A stretch of DNA of 63,357 nt, counting the filler. It is 6 parts of 6 records of this genome, joined end to end, with 100 filler letters (N's around TTAATTAATTAA, not from the genome) between each part and the next. Parts side by side here need not be neighbours in the genome. Positions count along the whole stretch, not along the records: positions 60,321 to 63,357 come from SRR20825010_6333; 5 more parts are not named here. One strand, given 5' to 3'. Numbering within the stretch: the stretch's first letter is position 1; each line of letters opens with the position of its first letter. Of this stretch, positions 60,321-63,357 are shown piece after piece. Under the pieces are notes generated by a model. It searched no databases. It saw nothing but the letters and a program-made list of their open reading frames with translations, and was not told the origin of the DNA. Position numbers and translations under genes: made by a program.

Positions 60321-61377
60321 CCACGACCTGCGCCCGCGCACGCACCCATACCCATTGCCCGTCGGCGCGCTTCATCCGGAAGACGCGGTCCACGTGATCA
60401 ATCTCACGCGCCATGATGCGGTTGGCCAGTTCGAAGAGATCGCCATCGTCAGGATGGATGATCGCCGCCACCTCGCCGAATGAGAGCATTTCGTCGGTGG
60501 TTTCATAACCGAGCATTTCAAACATGGAGCGCGACCAGAACATCTTGCCGCGGACCATATCCCAGTCCCACAGGCCGCATTTGCCGCGCACCATGGCCAT
60601 ATCGATGCGCTGATGGGCCTCCATATAGATGCGGTCGGCCGCCTGCGCGCGGGCTGCCTGGCTGAAGTATGCATAGAGGATGACCATCAGGATGCCCGCC
60701 GTCAGGGCAAACAGCGATACATTCATCGAGACGGAGCGGCGCCAGTCGGCAAAGAGGCTATCGCGGGAGGTGAGGGCGACCGCAGCGCCATCCTGGCCTG
60801 CGACATGGACAAGCGAGGCGAGCCACTGTTCTCCCCCGATTTCAACATTCATCACTCCGGCGCGCGCGCCGAACAGGAAGAGCGGCTGCCCGCCCGTCAA
60901 AACGTCTTCCAGCGAGCGGCCGACCAGCTTTTGTCCGTTGGGCGAACTCGCCAGAACTTCAAACTGTTCGTCGGTAATGGCAAGTACACGCTCATCCTCA
61001 GAACCGGCGCGCCGCATTGCCTCTTCGATAAGCATGCGTGCCCTGTGCTCGGGCGCCATCTCGCTGGTGTCGATTGCTGCGTTTGCGGCCAGGGAGTCCG
61101 CGGCCAGCGCCAGCATGGTCCGGGCATCGCGCTCGATATCGTCGCGCCAGGTGAAGAGAGAAAGAAGCCGGGCTGCCGCCAGAACCAAAAGAAAGATGAT
61201 GATCAGAACGGGAATGGAACGGCGCAGATACGGCTCAATCGCCAAAAGACGTTCATAGGCCGGAGCTGCAATAATCTTGGCGTTGCCTGCCAGTCCCATG
61301 CGCCTAGCGCGTCGGGTTCGCGGCCCGGCTGCCATGCCCGCAATCAGGGGCAAAGCCCATCCCCCTGCCTTCGCCAT
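60321..61377 (-). CDS. pleC: PAS-domain sensor histidine kinase, PleC-like, N-terminal part (3'-truncated)
   Basis: Two TM helices, RGKCGLWDWD..RG.MFWS PAS, IIHPDD; downstream of pepN; the kinase domain is not in view. Confidence 0.6.
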
Positions 61378-61408
61378 CCGACGGGCTCCCTCGTTCCTCG
61401 TTAAGTTC

Positions 61409-61497
61409 GGTGATTCGGCTCCGCCTGCTGCCGAATCACCTATAAGGAATCAAAGGTGATTCGCCTTGTCCAGAGGCCTTGGTAAAAAAGATATTAA
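61409..61497 (-). promoter_or_regulatory. Putative cell-cycle regulated promoter region
   Basis: 11-bp inverted repeat, four GANTC sites, and TTAA-N7-TTTAC on the minus strand. Confidence 0.45.
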
Positions 61498-61505
61498 TGG
61501 ACCGC

Positions 61506-63357
61506 TCAGGCGAGGGTTCGTTCCAGAATATCCGCCAGGTCTCGAGAGAGATCGTCGCGCTTGGCAATCTCCGAGAGGAGCTTGCGTGCATGCTCACGTC
61601 TGCCCTTTTCCAGCGAGCGCCAGGAACGGAACGCGGTGGCCAGACGTGCCGCCACCTGCGGGTTGTGCCCGTCAAGCGCAGTGACCGTTTCTGCAACGAG
61701 GCGATACCCTTCGCCATCGGCGCTGTGGAAGGCCGTCTGGTTCGCCATCGAGAATGTACCCACCAGGGCGCGCACCCTGTTTGGATTGGCGAGCGAAAAA
61801 TGCGGATGCTTCATCAGGTGGCGGATCAATGAAACCGTTTCTGCGGCAGGGATCATCGCCTGGATCTGGAACCACTTGTCGAGCACCAGCGGATTATCGC
61901 CATAGCGTTTCTCGAATGCCGCCAATGCGGCTCTGCCCTCGTCGGTATCATGAAAATGCTGAGCAAGAACCGTGAGCGCACCGGCGCGCTCTGTCATGTT
62001 GTCGGCGTCCTCAAACTGCCTGTATGCGGCGGTAGGAGTGGCGGCACCCAGCGTCAGAAACTCAATCAGTGTATTGCGCAGCGCGCGGCGCCCTGCGCTG
62101 CGGGCGTCCGGCGAGAACGGCGCATTGTCGAGCAGACCCTCGTAAATCTCGCGGAAGGTTTCACCGCCCGCCTGCGCAATGGCAAGGAGAAGCGCTTTGC
62201 GGGCGGCGTGGATCGCATCCGGGTCGATATCCCCCCCGAGTTCACGCGCCACATCGGCCTCGCCAGGAAGGCTCAGGGTCAAAGCCCGAAAAGCCTCCTC
62301 CAGCGTTTCATCGGAGGCGAGGTCTGTCGTGACCGAGATAATCTCGTCATCGAACACCGGTTTCTTGCCACCGCGCACTGCCTTGCTGGCGGCAATCAAA
62401 GCGCCGGTTAGCAGCGTGTTCAGCGCCTGCCAGCGGGAGAACGGATCGCTGTCATGACGAGCGAGGAACAGTTGCTCGTCGGCCCTGCTCTCGATTGAGA
62501 GGGTGACTGGAGCGGAGAAGCCCCGGTTGATCGACAAGACCGGCCGCGCCTTCACGCCCTTGAAGGTGATCTGGTGCCGGCGTTTCCGCAGGTGGATCAC
62601 ACCGTTTTCGACACTCGCCCCCTCCACACTCTCGTAGTCGAGATCTGTTCCGTCCGGACCGACCAGGCCGAAGGCGAGAGGAATGTGCATCAGGCGTTTG
62701 CGGTTTTCGGAGGGCGTTGGCGATACCGACTGCTCGATCTCTACCGTCAGCGTCTTCTCCTTGGCATCGTAGCGTGAGGAGAGTGCAACATTGGGGGTCC
62801 CGGCCTGATGGTACCAAAGCGAAAACTGGCTGAGGTCCTGCCCGGAAGCGTCCTCGAAAGCCTTTACGAAATCTTCGATGGTCACGGCTTGACCGTCATG
62901 CCGATCGAAATAGAGATCCATCCCGGCCCGGAACGCGTCCTCGCCCAGAATTGTGCGCAGCATGCGGACAACCTCCGAGCCCTTCTCGTAGACCGTCGCC
63001 GTATAGAAATTGTTGATCTCACGATAACGGCGCGGCCGCACCGGATGCGCGAGAGGCCCCTGGTCCTCGGGAAACTGATGTGCGCGCAGGCCACGCACTT
63101 CGGCGATACGCTTGACCGCACGCGAGCGCTGATCAGCGGAGAACTCATGATCGCGGAAAACGGTGAGGCCTTCCTTCAGGCAGAGCTGGAACCAATCCCG
63201 GCAAGTGATTCTGTTGCCTGTCCAATTGTGAAAATACTCATGCGCGATGATTGCCTCGATATTGGCGAAATCGGCATCGGTGGCTGTGTCATCGTCTGCG
63301 AGAACGTACTTGTCGTTGAAGACGTTGAGCCCCTTGTTTTCCATCGCGCCCATGTTG
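61506..63357 (-). CDS. pepN: Aminopeptidase N (M1), 5'-truncated
   Basis: GAMENKGLN, HEYFHNW, LKEGLTVFRD, NFYTATVYEKG, NPNRVRAL, NPQVAARL. Confidence 0.95.
   Translation of the reverse strand, partial: NMGAMENKGLNVFNDKYVLADDDTATDADFANIEAIIAHEYFHNWTGNRITCRDWFQLCLKEGLTVFRDHEFSADQRSRAVKRIAEVRGLRAHQFPEDQGPLAHPVRPRRYREINNFYTATVYEKGSEVVRMLRTILGEDAFRAGMDLYFDRHDGQAVTIEDFVKAFEDASGQDLSQFSLWYHQAGTPNVALSSRYDAKEKTLTVEIEQSVSPTPSENRKRLMHIPLAFGLVGPDGTDLDYESVEGASVENGVIHLRKRRHQITFKGVKARPVLSINRGFSAPVTLSIESRADEQLFLARHDSDPFSRWQALNTLLTGALIAASKAVRGGKKPVFDDEIISVTTDLASDETLEEAFRALTLSLPGEADVARELGGDIDPDAIHAARKALLLAIAQAGGETFREIYEGLLDNAPFSPDARSAGRRALRNTLIEFLTLGAATPTAAYRQFEDADNMTERAGALTVLAQHFHDTDEGRAALAAFEKRYGDNPLVLDKWFQIQAMIPAAETVSLIRHLMKHPHFSLANPNRVRALVGTFSMANQTAFHSADGEGYRLVAETVTALDGHNPQVAARLATAFRSWRSLEKGRREHARKLLSEIAKRDDLSRDLADILERTLA

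Noticed and set aside
60372-63148. Many overlapping ORFs on both strands in the GC-rich contig
   Set aside because: They are shadow frames of pepN and the kinase gene, expected at high GC, with no recognisable motifs.

Overview
The window is not one locus. It is six unrelated contigs joined by 100-nt artificial spacers (N-run, TTAATTAATTAA, N-run) at 17428-17527, 25343-25442, 39659-39758, 56012-56111 and 60221-60320. (1) 1-17427, Flavobacteriaceae-like: rimK fusion, a speA-speB-deoxyhypusine-synthase-like polyamine operon with a structured 5' leader and an unlisted 56-aa uORF, moaC/moaE, and an unusual five-gene operon (squalene/phytoene-synthase-like enzyme, unknown protein, ABC exporter pair, methyltransferase-Lgt fusion). 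(2) 17528-25342, AT-rich Flavobacteriaceae-like: FAD oxidoreductase, membrane 4Fe-4S protein, two GT2 and one GT-C glycosyltransferases, and a pseudouridine synthase. (3) 25443-39658, Bacteroidota general-stress/dormancy region with several frameshifted remnants (DUF2723, PA2169, Rho-N, LigD). (4) 39759-56011, Cytophagales-like housekeeping genes (folB, DivIVA, PPTase, carboxyltransferase, amidase, LptD-like, arginine deiminase, sulfatase). (5) 56112-60220, a eukaryotic mitochondrial fragment using TGA=Trp: nad5 split by two group I introns with LAGLIDADG ORFs, followed by cox11. (6) 60321-63357, GC-rich alphaproteobacterial pepN and a PleC-like PAS kinase. The best candidates for undescribed biology are the speA leader, the terpene-synthase/Lgt operon and the cox11-bearing mitochondrial genome. 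All family and taxon calls come from motif recognition, with no database search.
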